Shown here: positions 37,736 through 48,094 of the stretch, piece by piece
Numbering within the stretch: the first letter of the stretch is position 1
How the letters are laid out: each line of letters begins with the position of its first letter
Source: Nitrososphaerota archaeon
GTDB taxonomy: Archaea; Thermoproteota; Nitrososphaeria; Nitrososphaerales; JACPRH01
Assembly: GCA_016190055.1 (NCBI GenBank)
Contig: JACPRH010000017.1
Coordinates: 6,601-70,600 of the forward strand
DNA: 64,000 nucleotides
Direction of reading: 5' to 3'
The notes under the pieces: model-generated
What the model was told of the DNA's origin: nothing
Databases searched by the model: none
What the model saw: only the letters and a program-made list of their open reading frames with translations
Position numbers and translations under genes: made by a program

Positions 37736-37790
37736 CTAGCTAGCCAGCCAAAAGACTAACTGGCTGAGCAGCAGCAACAGTCCAACCTAC

Positions 37791-39017
37791 CTAGGTTTCG
37801 AAGCCAACATCTAGGATATCGAATGGAGCCGACTCATCTAGAACCACCTTTCGCTCCAAAACCTCTGCCACGTTAGGCTTCACTTCGCTGTTCTCACCGG
37901 TGAGAAACCGCCTGATGCTCAGCCCACCGTCGCACTCAACACGGAGACGCAACCGCTTCTTATCATCACCCTCCACCGATTCTACAGTCAACTTGTGGAT
38001 CTTCTTAGTTAAGCTGCTCCTTCCAGGCGGAGTCATCGTAACCGCAGCGCCAGTGAAAGCGGTTTCAAGCTTCTTCACCACATCCTCGGCTACAGGCTGA
38101 TCCAGAGCCGCGTTGCTTTCAAAGGTGACGGTGAAGCCTCTATCGCTGCTCGGCACGCCTTCAAGGATTGAAATCTCCTTCAGAGCTATGGCGCCATTAA
38201 CTGTCTGCATTACTGACTCAAGGTTTGAGGGCTTACGCACCATCGGCTCAGATACCTCTGCGTAGAAGGGGCGTCCACGCCCCAGAACAAGGCTATCAGT
38301 GTCTTCGCCGCCGAGCCACGTGAACTTCACTTTGCCTGCTTTGAAGAGGTTGAGGAGAGGTTCAGAGAGCCGCTGCTCAACGCTGTCGCTGGTGGAGTAC
38401 CCGGTGAGGTTGCATTTAGGGCAGCCTTCTCCTCTACATTCAGGGCAGCGTCTCCGCTTCTGCGGGATGCCGCGTTGAGTCTTCACGTATCTTCCGTATA
38501 CGTAGAGAGGGCGGGGAGTCACTTCAGCATGATCTATGAGAGTATCAATTACGACAGTAATATCCGGAACATGATGCTTAGCCTCAACGCCGAGCCGCCT
38601 TGAAACAATCCGGTTCAACTCGCCTGTAAAGTTGGTTTTAACGGTCTCGCCGCCGCGGAGTTTCATCTCAGCCCTCAAATGATCCTCCTTCTCAGTGATA
38701 GATATCGGGATCTTGGCCCCAATAATGATGCTGCTGAACTCGTAGCCTTTAATCGCATTCACCACAAGCTCAACATACCTATCCAAGTTAGAGAGAAGAC
38801 TACCGCAGATGTAGCAAGGCTTCTGCTGCTGTTGCTGCTCAGCTGTATTGGTTAACTCGGCCTGCTGCCTCAGGTCTCTACCCTTCGAAGCATAGTCGAG
38901 ACTCCTATGCTCAGATGAAAACTGTCTTCCAAGACATGAGTCACAGAGAGGATACTGCTTCAAAAGATCCTCCACTTTTTTCTGGCTCTGCATACTAACT
39001 AACCAATCATCCAACAA
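37791..39017 (-). CDS. pus10: tRNA pseudouridine(54/55) synthase Pus10
   Basis: LCDSCLGRQF, CYIC, YGRYVK..RGIPQ, GGEDTD..LGRGRPF. Confidence 0.85.
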   Translation of the reverse strand: MLDDWLVSMQSQKKVEDLLKQYPLCDSCLGRQFSSEHRSLDYASKGRDLRQQAELTNTAEQQQQQKPCYICGSLLSNLDRYVELVVNAIKGYEFSSIIIGAKIPISITEKEDHLRAEMKLRGGETVKTNFTGELNRIVSRRLGVEAKHHVPDITVVIDTLIDHAEVTPRPLYVYGRYVKTQRGIPQKRRRCPECRGEGCPKCNLTGYSTSDSVEQRLSEPLLNLFKAGKVKFTWLGGEDTDSLVLGRGRPFYAEVSEPMVRKPSNLESVMQTVNGAIALKEISILEGVPSSDRGFTVTFESNAALDQPVAEDVVKKLETAFTGAAVTMTPPGRSSLTKKIHKLTVESVEGDDKKRLRLRVECDGGLSIRRFLTGENSEVKPNVAEVLERKVVLDESAPFDILDVGFET

Positions 39018-39052
39018 TAACTACTAGATTAACTAATTCATCCACGTTACTA

Positions 39053-40378
39053 CTACTGCTGTTCTAGACGCTTCATCATCTGGCGGAACTGCCGGCCGCG
39101 GCTAGCTTTCATAACAGACTTTGTCTGCCTATATCTAGCCATCATATCCTTAACATCCTTCTCGGTGGTTCCGGAACCCTCGGCTATTCGGTGAATCCTA
39201 GATGAGTTCAGAAGATCAGGATCGGCACGCTCAACCTTCGTCATCGACTGAATAATTACTCGCCAATAACGCATCTTCTCCTCTAAACCTTCAATATCCT
39301 GATCCTTCACCGCGCCTGAGAAGCCCGGTACCAGATCAAGCATCTTCTTCAACGACCCCATCTTCGTGATCTGCTCAAGCTGATAGTAAAGATCGTCAAT
39401 CGTCATCTTGCCGGAGGTGATACGCTGAATCTTCTTCGTATCAGCTTCAAGCTCCAGATCCTTAACACGGTCAAGGAGAGCTTTGAGATCACCCATATCC
39501 AGCAGCCGACCGACAAACCGGGTCGGAGAGAACTGCTCCAAATCATCGATTCGCTCACCCGTTCCGATGAAGGTAATCTTCGCGCCTGTAGCGGCGGCCG
39601 CAGCTAAAGCACCACCACCTTTAGCAGCACCGTCAAGCTTCGTGATGATGATGCCGCCCACAGGAACAGTCTTATGGAACGCCTCAGCCTGATTGTAACA
39701 CTGCTGCCCAATCGTGCCATCAATCACTAGAAGAACACGGTCAGGGTTAATGCGGTTACTGATCTGCTGCATCTCGTCGAGAAGACCTTTCTCCTCCTTA
39801 TGCCTGCCAGAGGTATCAACAATTATCGCGGTCTTTCCCTGCTCCCTGAACGTCTTGACGCCTTCAGACGCGACTTTAACAGCATCCTTGCTCTTTTCAT
39901 TCCCGTAAACAGGCACATTCACCTTTTCACAAAGCATTTGAAGCTGAGTTAAAGCGCCTGGACGGAAAGTATCAGCACCTACGACACCAACGTTGTAGCC
40001 TTGTTTAGAGAGGTATCTAGAGAGCTTACCGACGACTGTTGTCTTGCCGCTGCCCTGAATTCCGATTAGCATGATAACGTTATTTTTATCGGTGGGAATC
40101 GTGAACGGGCTCTCTTCACCGAGCGTCTTTGAGAGCTCTTCGTAAAGGATCTTCACAACGTGATCTTTACGTGGAAGACCAGGCGGAGGCTTCTCATTCA
40201 GAGCACGTTCCTCAATCTTCTTCGAGGTCTCAAGAACAAGCTTTACGTTAACATCAGCCTGAAGCAACGTGCGTTGAAGGTCTCGAACAAACTCTTTGAC
40301 CGTCGCCTCATCAATAGCCCCGGCTCCGAGGAGGTTCTTTACAGCCTTCCTAAGACCATCCTGAAGACCTGAGAGCAT
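39053..40378 (-). CDS. srp54: Signal recognition particle protein SRP54
   Basis: GIQGSGKTT, DTSGRH, TKLDG.AKGGGAL, M domain IIQSMT..ER. Confidence 0.96.
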   Translation of the reverse strand: MLSGLQDGLRKAVKNLLGAGAIDEATVKEFVRDLQRTLLQADVNVKLVLETSKKIEERALNEKPPPGLPRKDHVVKILYEELSKTLGEESPFTIPTDKNNVIMLIGIQGSGKTTVVGKLSRYLSKQGYNVGVVGADTFRPGALTQLQMLCEKVNVPVYGNEKSKDAVKVASEGVKTFREQGKTAIIVDTSGRHKEEKGLLDEMQQISNRINPDRVLLVIDGTIGQQCYNQAEAFHKTVPVGGIIITKLDGAAKGGGALAAAAATGAKITFIGTGERIDDLEQFSPTRFVGRLLDMGDLKALLDRVKDLELEADTKKIQRITSGKMTIDDLYYQLEQITKMGSLKKMLDLVPGFSGAVKDQDIEGLEEKMRYWRVIIQSMTKVERADPDLLNSSRIHRIAEGSGTTEKDVKDMMARYRQTKSVMKASRGRQFRQMMKRLEQQ

Positions 40379-40412
40379 TTATCTCTAAGATTAGCTCCTC
40401 CGATCTGCAATA

Positions 40413-41120
40413 TTAACTCTTTTGGACGACGCCCTTATCCACCAGTCGAGCATCTCGGATCTCAAGAAACCCTCGATCACCAAACCAGTGCCGCACAGCA
40501 TCCAGCACCTCAATCCTACGTTTGAAAAGCGGGCAGTCGAGAACAAAAGTCTCAGCTTCACCGCCTTCAAAACCAATATGCACACCTACACGCCTATGCA
40601 GCTTCACAAGCTCATCAACCATCGCTTCATCGATAACTCTGCCTAACCACGCTTCAGTAAGACCCTCAGCCGCAACACCTGTAACAATAACATTGAAGCC
40701 GTCACGAACAATGCTCCGCATATACACTTCAGGATCAACCTGCCAAAGAGGAGAAACAGGAGTCAAACCTACGCGGACACATGCTTTCTCAAACCGATCC
40801 TTCTGATATTGACTTGCAAGCCCGCCTGTAACAAGCCCTTCAAACCCGTGCTGCGTCTTCGCCGCCTCAAGAATCTCGTCAAGATCGTACGCTTCACCTT
40901 CACCCACCTGCTTAATCTCAGCAGTCATAAGAGGCACCCCGATAGCCTCAGCCTGCAGACGCGTCCAACCAACGTTCGGATAATGGAACAAGTAGCTCTC
41001 TGAGCTCTCAGGCTTTATTGTGATGAAGCAGGAGAGACTATGACCCTGCCGCTGCGCAAGATATGCGGCATACGTGCTGTCCTTCCCACCGGAGTAGAGA
41101 ACACCGACCTTCGAAGCCAA
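40413..41120 (-). CDS. dph6: Diphthine--ammonia ligase
   Basis: LYSGGKDS, PLWQ, GEGGEAET-like motif with LDCPLF. Confidence 0.88.
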   Translation of the reverse strand: MASKVGVLYSGGKDSTYAAYLAQRQGHSLSCFITIKPESSESYLFHYPNVGWTRLQAEAIGVPLMTAEIKQVGEGEAYDLDEILEAAKTQHGFEGLVTGGLASQYQKDRFEKACVRVGLTPVSPLWQVDPEVYMRSIVRDGFNVIVTGVAAEGLTEAWLGRVIDEAMVDELVKLHRRVGVHIGFEGGEAETFVLDCPLFKRRIEVLDAVRHWFGDRGFLEIRDARLVDKGVVQKS

Positions 41121-41364
41121 CGCACTCCTTAACAGAACAGTGGTAGTAGACCCATCAGTACTCGATATTCATCAGCTATCAGACGGCTCTTCCGTAACAT
41201 CATCTAGGTCCAATCTGAGAGTACCCTTCAAGCTGCATTAAAGGCTTGCCAACTAACTGAAGAAAGCGCGTCTGTCTCGCTGTTCTACTTTCTAGACACC
41301 CCGTTCCAAACAGTAGAATTATACACTCTACAGCCCATATACAATATAGGAGGAATAGAAACAA

Positions 41365-42228
41365 ATGGAGTCTAAAACAATACTCCTCGGAACCACAATT
41401 GTCCTGCTCGCCGCACTAGTAGCAGTCACAGGAATCTACTTTACAAGTACACCGCAGGTGGGCTCTACACCACCCCTTGGATTAGGAGACGTCAACACAC
41501 CAACAGCAAAGACCAATCAAAACGTCGGTCTAGCTGGCGCATCAGCTACACCACTCTACACCCAGTCAGGAAACTACACAAAGGCAAGTATTCTCAGCGT
41601 GTCAGGAACAGGCGTCGTCAGCGTAAAGCCTGATAGAGCAGTGATCCAGATGGCGATACTTACAGAAGCACCAACAGCCGAGAAAGCTTCTGCACAGAAT
41701 GCCGACAGCTTCAACGTTCTTCTAAAGGCTCTTCTCGACGAAGGCATCCCTAGAGACAATATAGAAACAGTTCAGTACACAATTTACCCGAACTACGACT
41801 ATAACGCTAAGATCCCGTACATTCTAGGCTACAGAGCATACCACGTCATCTCGGTGACGGTGGTGCCGACTCAAGTAGCCGACTTAGGTAAACTCACCGG
41901 CAAAATTATTGACGTAGCGGTCGCAGCTGGCGTAAACCAGATCAACAGCATCCAGTTCACAGTCTCTGATGACAAAATCAAGGATCTACGAAACGACGCG
42001 TTGAAAGAAGCGGTCTTGGACGCGAGGAAAAAGGCTGATGTCATGGTGGCAGCCTTAGGGGTACATATCTTGGCTGTACAGCAGGCGTCGGAGAGCAGCT
42101 ATCTGCCTTCGCCAGTCTACTACAGAGATGCGGCCCCGGTCGCGGCAGGAGCCAAGTCGAGCACAGAGCTGGTTCCCGGAGAACTAAGCATAACTGCATC
42201 AGTAAGCATAGTCTACGAGATAGGTTAG
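41365..42228 (+). CDS. SIMPL (DUF541) domain membrane-anchored protein
   Basis: SVSGTGVVSVKPDRA, GVNQINSIQF, ALKEAVLDARKKA, PGE. Confidence 0.85.
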   Translation: MESKTILLGTTIVLLAALVAVTGIYFTSTPQVGSTPPLGLGDVNTPTAKTNQNVGLAGASATPLYTQSGNYTKASILSVSGTGVVSVKPDRAVIQMAILTEAPTAEKASAQNADSFNVLLKALLDEGIPRDNIETVQYTIYPNYDYNAKIPYILGYRAYHVISVTVVPTQVADLGKLTGKIIDVAVAAGVNQINSIQFTVSDDKIKDLRNDALKEAVLDARKKADVMVAALGVHILAVQQASESSYLPSPVYYRDAAPVAAGAKSSTELVPGELSITASVSIVYEIG

Positions 42229-42381
42229 CGAACTACGAGTCTCGCAACCTATCCCCTTTTTCTTTCAATGCAGATTAGCTGGGGAACAGAATGATAGTCC
42301 TCGTTTTTTTCGATTTAATTACCAATCTTTTCAGTATCTCGGTTAACGTTTAATAAGTAGCGAACAAGATCTAGCTACGTT

Positions 42382-42843
42382 TTGAGCACTCCAAACGAAC
42401 CGCCAGAGGTTAAGCGGGTATACAGATCCCGAACGGAGCGGATGATAGCAGGCGTCTGCGGAGGCATCGCGGAGTACTTCAACATCGACCCGACGCTTGT
42501 CCGATTAGCGTTCGTCCTCCTAATATTCGCCAATGGCATTGGGCTTATCCTATACGTTATAGCGGCTATAATTATTCCACTAAACCCAACCGCTGTGCCT
42601 TCAAGAGGTCCGCCGGTCGAGATTCCTATAGCAGGTAGCGCGGCGAGTGTTATAGTGCTCGTGATAGGAGTGCTTATCCTGCTCCTCGGAGTAGCAAGTC
42701 TCATATCGCTCTACGCAGGAGCAGCGTGGAGTCCATGGAGCATCCTCGGCTTCGTAGGCCAAGTATTCTGGCCACTTTCACTGATAGCTGTGGGCATCAT
42801 AGTGCTATTCGTCGCTCTAGGCTCAGGCCGGAGAAGAGCATAG
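42382..42843 (+). CDS. PspC domain membrane protein
   Basis: RSRTERMIAGVCGGIAEYFNIDPTLVRL. Confidence 0.88.
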   Translation: MSTPNEPPEVKRVYRSRTERMIAGVCGGIAEYFNIDPTLVRLAFVLLIFANGIGLILYVIAAIIIPLNPTAVPSRGPPVEIPIAGSAASVIVLVIGVLILLLGVASLISLYAGAAWSPWSILGFVGQVFWPLSLIAVGIIVLFVALGSGRRRA

Positions 42844-42900
42844 CCACGCCAACCTGAAAAGAAGAGAAGATGCTGCGGACGTAACGCAAAAAATCTACTC

Positions 42901-43569
42901 TTACAGTAGGGCTGCTAAGCCTGACGTGTAGTATAGGTAAATCAGATACAGGCCGCCCAAGATCATTACTGCGCCGCTGATTTTGTGCAGCATCGGGGTT
43001 AGGTTCTGTATTTTTGCCAGAAGCGGCCGCTTAGCCATCGCCACAAGTATGCTTGTGATTATCAGCGGAACCCCGACTCCTAACGCGTAGAGAATTAGGG
43101 TGATAACTCCGTCGAAGGGTCCTGAACGGGTGAACGCCAAGAGGACAACTGAGAAGAAGAGCGGGGCGGTGCAGCCTGCAGCAGCCAAGCCGTACGCTAT
43201 CCCGTAGACGAAAAAGCCGCGTAACCCTTTTCGCTTAGAGGATATTACTTGGTAGGCGAACGGGAGCTGCACGTTGGCAATTATCAGTACGCCCAGAACT
43301 ATCATCATAACTCCGGAGAAAACTGTTAGCAGAGTAATGTAAGGCTTGATTAACCCGCCTATCGTAGTTGTACTGATTCCTACAGCTGCGTAAACAGTGA
43401 TGAGGCCAATTGTGGACACGATTCCCCCTTTCAAGGCGCGGGAGACAGTTATTTCAGAGCCAAGATAGTAAGTGATGTAGCCGGGGATAAGCGCGTACCC
43501 GCAGGGTGAAAGCATAACAAATATCCCCATAATGAAAGGGTATGCAAGCGAAACTATGTCTGAAGCCAT
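42901..43569 (-). CDS. ccdA: Cytochrome c biogenesis protein CcdA
   Basis: LSPCGYALIP, GCTAP, six TM helices. Confidence 0.85.
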   Translation of the reverse strand: MASDIVSLAYPFIMGIFVMLSPCGYALIPGYITYYLGSEITVSRALKGGIVSTIGLITVYAAVGISTTTIGGLIKPYITLLTVFSGVMMIVLGVLIIANVQLPFAYQVISSKRKGLRGFFVYGIAYGLAAAGCTAPLFFSVVLLAFTRSGPFDGVITLILYALGVGVPLIITSILVAMAKRPLLAKIQNLTPMLHKISGAVMILGGLYLIYLYYTSGLAALL

Positions 43570-43664
43570 GCTTGAAAACAGCTCTCTGCGTTAGAGACGC
43601 AGTGAAAAAAACTCCGGTTTATAGATGTATAGTAGACGCGGCATAACTATCTTGCATTAGCAGG

Positions 43665-44252
43665 CTAGGGTTGAAGAAGCGGATCAACAGCACCTGAAAG
43701 CGTGTCTAGCTGAGTGAGTCCTAAGAAGGTGTTCTTAACCTCGCCGTCAGGTGAGATAACTAACGTGGTGGAGAGCTCAGTCACCTTGAAGTGGTCAGTC
43801 AGCCCCAAAGTAGTATCCCTCAACATAGTCCACTCAATCCCCTTCTTCTCAATATGGTTCTTTAGCACGTCAGGAGTATCATAGGTGGGATCAACCGTGA
43901 CTGAGAGCAGTACGAAGTTCTTGTCCTTATACTTGGGATAGAAGTCGTTCTTGAACACCTGCTCCTGCTGCGCACAGGTTAAACACCAAGAAGCCATAAA
44001 CTCTAGAACAACTACCTTCCCTTGGTAATCCTTCAGAAAATACTGCTTACCGTTAACATCCTCCAACGGAATAGATCTCCAATCACTGATTGTGGAAATT
44101 GGTTTATTGTCTGACGGATCCGTTGATGTGGGCAACCCGCCTGATGGGTAGATTGTGATGGCCGCGAATGAAGTGGCCAATATCAGGCCGAGAGCAATCA
44201 TTCTGAGATTACTGGGTGACTTCCAAGATCTCGCTGCGTCACTGGTGCTCAA
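43665..44252 (-). CDS. Membrane-anchored thioredoxin-like protein (TlpA/ResA family)
   Basis: GKVVVLEFMASWCLTC; start shortened to TTG 44252. Confidence 0.8.
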   Translation of the reverse strand: MSTSDAARSWKSPSNLRMIALGLILATSFAAITIYPSGGLPTSTDPSDNKPISTISDWRSIPLEDVNGKQYFLKDYQGKVVVLEFMASWCLTCAQQEQVFKNDFYPKYKDKNFVLLSVTVDPTYDTPDVLKNHIEKKGIEWTMLRDTTLGLTDHFKVTELSTTLVISPDGEVKNTFLGLTQLDTLSGAVDPLLQP

Positions 44253-44365
44253 AGTAAGTTTGCGCTCCAATCTCCAACTCGAATGTCCGACAATTAAGTA
44301 TTGCGTTCTAAAAATAAAAAGAATCCCATCACATTCAGCTACGTAGTCACGTGCTAGCTGAATGA

Positions 44366-45664
44366 TCATTCGTGCTGTGCAGTGGTCTGGTGATGCTGGA
44401 CTGCTGTGGTTTCCCCGCTTAAGGAGAATATTTTCCCGCCTATGGAGTAGACTAGTGCTGCTAGAGCTATCAGGCTGACTAGTAGCGTGATCTCCATTTG
44501 TGATGGGATGTAGAGGCTCTGCGATCCCTCTAGTGCTGTAACAACCTGTCCTGCGATTATCAGATCATATCTTACGAAGAACATGCCTATTAGTACCAGC
44601 GATGCTGCTGCGAGAATTCCCCAGAGGCTTTTACCTGTTCTAGGATAGATTAGGAGAAGAAGCGGAGCGATGCCTCCGACTATGACTTCTAAGCCCCAGA
44701 ACTGCAGCATCATTGGACCGCTGACTAGGAGAGCTAGTGCATCGGCTTCATGTGGAATTTGGCTGAAGAGAGAGGTCATGGTCTTCCAGGATATGAAGAG
44801 GAGATATATCACGAGCAGCAGACCCATTATTCTGCCTAGACTAGTGAAGACTCCGCGTGACTCTTGGCTTACGCTTTGCCGCGTAACTCTCTGCGTAAGT
44901 ATCGTTGTGAGCAGTAGCACAGCTGCGCCAGATACTAGTGCGGTAAGTACGAAGAATATGGGCATGTAGGCTCCGAACAGCAGCGGTCTAGCCTTGAGGA
45001 CACCGAAGAGTGCTCCGAGGTTGCTTGGAGCCGCTACCGCTAAAGCTAAGGCGCCGACACCAATCATTCGGGCTATACGGTGGTCGCGTTCTTCCGATTC
45101 CTCTGAGAGGGAGCGGTAGCCCAGGGTTAGCACGGTGTAGAAGAGAGACTTGATTCCAGAGGAGGATCTTGCTTTCACCGACAGATCTATCCTGTTCAGA
45201 AGCCAGAACTCGACTATTACAACGACGAGGTACAGGACGTAGAGGAGCATCATCCACATCATCGGTGAGGAGAAGTTCTGGCTCACCAAGAAGGGGATAT
45301 AGGCGCGGTCTAGCCGTCCGAGATCTATGGCTATCGCTGTGAAGCCTGTGAGAAGCATCACGATAGCGAGGAAGATTGCACTTCTGCTGATTAGCTCGAA
45401 GTCGCCTATTCTGAAGATGTGGCCCAGCGAAGCGATTAGGCACAGTCCTGAGCCTGCGAGTACGAAGAACACGTAGACGGGTACCAGAAGACCCCAAGCC
45501 ACGCTTGAACTCACGTACTCTGCGAAGATCGGGGTGCCGAAAAACAGGTATCCACCTACAGAGTACCCCAGCGGAAGCAAGCCTAACACGAGGACAGCTA
45601 GCCATGCGTAGAACTGGATAGATACTCCGCCAATCTGTTTCGGATATTCAAACCTAGGTTTCAT
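44366..45664 (-). CDS. NrfD/PsrC family membrane subunit
   Basis: WGLLVPVYVFF, DLGRLDR, SPM, ARP, RYDLIIAGQ. Confidence 0.88.
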   Translation of the reverse strand: MKPRFEYPKQIGGVSIQFYAWLAVLVLGLLPLGYSVGGYLFFGTPIFAEYVSSSVAWGLLVPVYVFFVLAGSGLCLIASLGHIFRIGDFELISRSAIFLAIVMLLTGFTAIAIDLGRLDRAYIPFLVSQNFSSPMMWMMLLYVLYLVVVIVEFWLLNRIDLSVKARSSSGIKSLFYTVLTLGYRSLSEESEERDHRIARMIGVGALALAVAAPSNLGALFGVLKARPLLFGAYMPIFFVLTALVSGAAVLLLTTILTQRVTRQSVSQESRGVFTSLGRIMGLLLVIYLLFISWKTMTSLFSQIPHEADALALLVSGPMMLQFWGLEVIVGGIAPLLLLIYPRTGKSLWGILAAASLVLIGMFFVRYDLIIAGQVVTALEGSQSLYIPSQMEITLLVSLIALAALVYSIGGKIFSLSGETTAVQHHQTTAQHE

Positions 45665-45684
45665 TTTCTTTTCTCACCCATCTC

Positions 45685-46476
45685 CTAATACACATAGTAG
45701 ATCTGCGGCTCCGTTCCCAGCGACTCCTTAAGCCTGAACACCTGCCGTTTTGTTTTGATCAGCTTCGATACTTCGCTGTTAGGATCGTTGAGATCTCCGA
45801 AGTGTCTAGCACCCACAGGGCACACCTCGACGCAGCGCGGATGCAAGCCTCTCCTAGTCCTGAGGGCGCAGAAGGTGCACTTCTCAACCACCCCAGCGGG
45901 ACGAACCGGGGAAGTGACCGAGGGTAAACCATACATGCCTCCTATAGGGTTAACCTCTTCAGCCGGTACCTCAGGCTTTTTCCAGTTGAAATTACGCGCC
46001 CAATATGGGCACGCAACCATACAGTACTTGCAACCGATGCATTTGCTGTAATCAATTACAACAATTCCGTCCGGATCTTTCCATGTCGCTTTAACTGGGC
46101 ATACATCTACGCATGGAGGGTTTTTGCACTGCATGCACTGTGTTGGCAGATACCATTTTCCTTTGATCGGCGCCTCCTCGTAATACAGGTCTCCAGAGTC
46201 CATGTCGGTGGTTCCCGGCTCCATCTGGAACACTCTAATCCATTGAATATTGGAGTCTCGCCCGATATTGTTCTCTTTGATACAGGCGTAGACGCAGCGT
46301 CTGCAACCTACACATGCGCCGACGTCGATGACCATGCCGAAGTTAGTGCTGGAAGAGGAGGGTTTCTCTGCTGACTGCCCTAGCACCGGTTCGACGAGTT
46401 TTAGGCTTGAAAGGCCGACTACACCAACCCCTACTGTGCCAGAGACAGCTTTGATGAAGGTTCTTCGGTTAACCAA
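45685..46476 (-). CDS. NrfC/DsrO-like 4x[4Fe-4S] protein with Tat signal
   Basis: NRRTFIK; CVGCRRCVYAC, CMQCKNPPCVDVCP, CIGCKYCMVACPY, KCTFC...CVEVCP. Confidence 0.9.
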   Translation of the reverse strand: MVNRRTFIKAVSGTVGVGVVGLSSLKLVEPVLGQSAEKPSSSSTNFGMVIDVGACVGCRRCVYACIKENNIGRDSNIQWIRVFQMEPGTTDMDSGDLYYEEAPIKGKWYLPTQCMQCKNPPCVDVCPVKATWKDPDGIVVIDYSKCIGCKYCMVACPYWARNFNWKKPEVPAEEVNPIGGMYGLPSVTSPVRPAGVVEKCTFCALRTRRGLHPRCVEVCPVGARHFGDLNDPNSEVSKLIKTKRQVFRLKESLGTEPQIYYVY

Positions 46477-46481
46477 CTTCC

Positions 46482-47159
46482 CTAGACACCTCCACTCCTT
46501 CTGGAAAATGTGACAGTGAAGATCGCTACCCCAGCGATTAGAGCCATTACGGGAGAGAGAAGTGCAGCTAAGATGACTGTTGATCGCTCAGGCCTTTCAG
46601 GAGGCGGAAGGGCCTGGACAGCAGGTAGATCAGGGGGGTGCGGGTTGTGGCAGGCAACGCAGCTCGGAGCCGCGCCTTCACTCGTTGACGTGTAGTTGAG
46701 ACCATGCGTGCCGTGAACACCGATCTTCCAGTCCGCGTATCTTTCGCGGTGGCAGTTAGCGCACAGGTTTGATGCAGTAGCATTTGTGAGGAGTATACCA
46801 TTCAATGTGTGTGGCTGCATCGCGAAGTTGTCGTGGCAGACTAGGCAGGCCTGCTCTCCTGCTCCCAGATTACTATGTAGCCCCAGGTTTTGTTTGTGGC
46901 ATGTGGTGCAGCTTAAGCTAGGTTCTGTTGAGTTAGACAGGATGCGTTGATGATTCAGGGTGAGCTGATTGGGCTTAGTTGAGAGGCTTCCGTGGCATGT
47001 CTGGCAGGCGATGTTAGAGAAACTGGCGTGGGAGTTCGGCACCGTGTGACAGGTTGTGCATGTGACTTCCGGTTGGACTTGAGATTCTGCGATAGCAAGC
47101 GGGATAACAGCGAGGCTCGAAGCTATTATTGCAATTATTATCGTAATTTTTATAGTCAA
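46482..47159 (-). CDS. Hexaheme c-type cytochrome, signal peptide and C-terminal TM
   Basis: Six CxxCH motifs (CTTCH, CQTCH, CTTCH, CLVCH, CANCH, CVACH). Confidence 0.88.
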   Translation of the reverse strand: MTIKITIIIAIIASSLAVIPLAIAESQVQPEVTCTTCHTVPNSHASFSNIACQTCHGSLSTKPNQLTLNHQRILSNSTEPSLSCTTCHKQNLGLHSNLGAGEQACLVCHDNFAMQPHTLNGILLTNATASNLCANCHRERYADWKIGVHGTHGLNYTSTSEGAAPSCVACHNPHPPDLPAVQALPPPERPERSTVILAALLSPVMALIAGVAIFTVTFSRRSGGV

Positions 47160-47275
47160 TCGGTTTTCATCGCCATCGTGTTTTTAGAGAGTAGGCCACA
47201 TATTTATATTTGTTGATTTAATTATTCTCCTTATTACACAATGTTTAAATAATATATTGTGTATCAATTATACAA

Positions 47276-47998
47276 ATGATGCCCGTTCGAAACTACGCGA
47301 ACATAATGCTGTGGATAGCACTCTTCCCGTTGCTAGTAATGGCAGGCAACGCAATCATAATAATTGAAGGCGCACTACTGCTCCTAAACCTCTACACACT
47401 TCCTTGGCTGAGCACATTTCTGAGATACATACCAGCATATGCTGTAATGATTACCGGGATCCTGCTGATCTCGCGATGGAACAGCAAAAAAAGCATCATT
47501 GAAACAATAAAGTACCTTGGATGGCCATACGACACAATAGATGCGGTAATCGCATTCGCAGCAGGAACAATCACAGGCTTCCTCAACGTTTTCTTAATAC
47601 TAGGGATCCTGCTTCTACAGGTAATAGTAGTACAGAGTCTAAGCGTCGGCTTCCCTGCTACAGCTCTGGCGGTTGCACTCGCAGGTCCACCTGAAGAACT
47701 GGCCAGATGCTATATTCAGAAAAACCTAGCAGGCTCAATCACAAAGTGCCAGAACACCGCGCCAATCAAAGCATTAACAATTATCATAATGACAGCCACA
47801 TTTGGTCTCACTCACGAGGTTAGCAGATTTGTTCTGAACCTCGGCACCAGCTCAACCCCCTTCTTTTCGGTGCAGGACTTGGGATGGTACATAGGCGGGT
47901 TCGTTCTCGCATCGTTGTATGTGGTGATGAAGAGCTGGTTCGCTAACAGTGTCGCACACTCCTGGTACAACATAATTATGTCGTTCTTCCTGCATTGA
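47276..47998 (+). CDS. CPBP (Abi/CAAX) family intramembrane protease
   Basis: EELAR, FGLTH, AHSWYN motifs in a polytopic membrane protein. Confidence 0.7.
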   Translation: MMPVRNYANIMLWIALFPLLVMAGNAIIIIEGALLLLNLYTLPWLSTFLRYIPAYAVMITGILLISRWNSKKSIIETIKYLGWPYDTIDAVIAFAAGTITGFLNVFLILGILLLQVIVVQSLSVGFPATALAVALAGPPEELARCYIQKNLAGSITKCQNTAPIKALTIIIMTATFGLTHEVSRFVLNLGTSSTPFFSVQDLGWYIGGFVLASLYVVMKSWFANSVAHSWYNIIMSFFLH

Positions 47999-48094
47999 GC
48001 TGCAGAGACAGCTGCTACAGCAAACAAGCCTTATTTTCTGAGCTTCTTATAATTAGAAAAATATATTAACACAATTACACCAATAGTTATCGAG

